Below, piece by piece: positions 61,811-64,000 of a DNA stretch of 64,000 nucleotides (positions are counted from its first letter, which is position 1; every line of letters starts with the position of its first letter). The DNA comes from Obrimoposthia wandeli (lineage: Eukaryota), in assembly GCA_977020255.1 (NCBI GenBank), contig CDROCS010001776.1:806001-870000 (forward strand), written 5' to 3'. A model generated the notes under the pieces. That model saw only the letters and a list, made by a program, of their open reading frames with translations. It made no database searches and was not told where the DNA came from. The position numbers and the translations under genes were made by a program.

Positions 61811-64000
61811 AAGGAGACTGATAAGAATTAAAATTATCAGGATTAAAAAATGCCAAAAGTGCATTTTAAAAATCAATCAATTTTCCTAATAAAGAAATAA
61901 TTACCATTTTCAAAAATTAATTTTTTATAAAATCAATTAATATAAAATAATTTAATCAATTAAATTATTTTAAAAATAAAAATTCATTTTTTAATTCCCA
62001 ACACAATTACAATTCAGAAATTTCCTTTCTTTGTATAAAAAGTTTTGTTATATATATCTAGACTAAATAAACTGTAATCTTTGCATGATTATAATACTTC
62101 TGCGATGTCATGAGATCACATAATATTTTTTAATCACGACAGGGGTCGTGTACTGAATTAGATTATCATAATAAAACAAAAAACATATTTATATCAACTT
62201 TTGTTAAATCAACATTACATAATCAAAACATAAAAGGTAACAGGATAATGTTTAATGTATTTTTAAATTAAATTGACTACTTTAAACTCTTGTTTTAAAA
62301 AGAATTTTTTAAAAAGTTTATTGTATTTAGGTTTAATTTAACCATAATAATAAAGAAATAAAAATCCATTTTTAATTACTCATTCTTAATAAAATAATTT
62401 TTTTAGAGCAGATAACTTTATAGAAATAAAATTTACAAAAGTTAAAAATCCAATAAATAGACTGTTTAAAAATGTTTAAAATTAATATTTCATGTGAGCT
62501 TTACTACAATCACATTTGTAGATATTTAAAATCAAAATTAAGATTTACATAATTCTATATTCTTCATCAGTGTTAAACAAATAGATAATTATTCATGAAT
62601 AATGATTCTTTATTTAAATTATTTTTTAATTGTATACCACTACAGTTTTGCAAAAATAATTTTAAATTTACAGTGAATAAAGGATTTTTTTAAATGTCAA
62701 TAATAATGTGGAAAGAATTATATCAAATCTCATCAAGTTCCTTAGATTTATTTGATGGTAATATTTTGTATTTGAAGGTTCTTATCAAATATGTCTCAAA
62801 ATAATACAGATTTTAATAATGAATTAGTTTTAATTAAAATGGATTTTCACAAACTCTCATCTGAGAATCACTTTCAATTTTTTTTATTTCTTACTAACTA
62901 AATAACTGGACGCACTTAGAAAATAGAAATATTACATACATTTTTTTTGATTTAATAATTGATGTTTCTATTTTATTATAGATATTTAAAATATTTTATT
63001 CCGCAGATAATAATTTATATAGAAAATGTTAATACTTACTTAAATTTGACCCAAATAAAATTGACTTTTTCTAAATTTTGACTATGAATTATTAACACAC
63101 AAAAAATTATTTTTAATTCTTTACATGAATAAAGCGTCTCTGCTTATATTTTTCATTGGGTAAATATTCACAAAGATTTTTTTTTAGTTTGTCGTTTTCA
63201 AATAAAAGTTTATTTATAGTTTCATCTCTTGAACTAATTTTCATTTATCATTCAACTGTAAGACTAAAATTAGAATTGTGTAGATTGTCATCTCTATTTT
63301 GGGTGTTGTAAATGATCTAGTTAATTAGAAAGTTTCTACTTGTGTAAAGAAGTGAAACCATTTTAGTTGTTTATCATAAATAAAGTGTTTTTTAAATACC
63401 GACTAGTTGAAAGCAGTTTCGATTAGAAACCTTCACATAAGTATAATTCACTAAAATTCAACTGATATGACTTAATTGATGTCCTCTTGTTATTTCTGCA
63501 TCACATCTTAACTATTATGTCTCTTCTAGTCAAGTCATAAATTATCTATCATTCCTTTTTTGAAAAGCTTTTGAACCATTTTTGAACTGTAAAACTATGA
63601 TGCAGTTCATAATCTCTATTTTAATATTTTGACGATCTTTCTACAGTCTCAATAAGAAATACAATATCTCTGCTAATGCGATATTTAATACTTCTAATCT
63701 CTCTACGTCCTGGACTAAACTTAAGTAGCTTCTCAAAATACTGCCATATCTGTGATGGAGCCTAACTTCTGTACTCTAGCCTAAAGTATTTCGTAAACGT
63801 AAGACTTTACATCTTAAATTTAAAAAAAAGAAGGAGCTGAAGTGGCTTAACATTTACTTACTATTGCACAAACAATCTGTAATCATATATTACTTTGTGT
63901 CAGATCCGGAATACTTGAAAGGCGGTGTTCCTCAGACTTTGATTTGTGGTTTAATTCTATTATTTATTTTTACTTCGTCAATCGTATCGATTATTTAGTA

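Noticed and set aside
63100-63960. Non-LTR endonuclease/RT remnants (e.g. GGVPQ at about 63920)
   Set aside because: Too short and degenerate to support a call.

Overview
Very AT-rich eukaryotic (invertebrate-like) genomic DNA with GT-AG introns. There are two host genes, both on the minus strand. DTD1 (D-aminoacyl-tRNA deacylase) has 5 exons at 27653-32394 and encodes 161 aa. A FIRRM/C1orf112 homolog has about 17 exons at 43961-61325 and encodes about 739 aa; its 5' end and penultimate exon are uncertain. Most other interpretable sequence is decayed mobile DNA. A Polinton/Maverick (adintovirus-like) remnant at 16377 to about 27060 keeps a terminal inverted repeat and pseudogenes for protein-primed PolB, RVE integrase, A32/FtsK packaging ATPase and small accessory ORFs. 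A second, inverted, related arm at about 39400-43559 means that DTD1 lies between two Polinton-type termini oriented like the ends of one element. Also present are a near-full-length piggyBac, a full-length Tc1, several pogo/Tigger remnants, hAT/Tc1/piggyBac MITEs, LINE fragments and tRNA-derived relics. The most notable observation is a frameshifted TATA-binding-protein (TBP)-like gene inside the Polinton gene cluster, with more copies of its start beside the terminal repeat. All homology calls come from manual translation and motif recognition; no database search was run.
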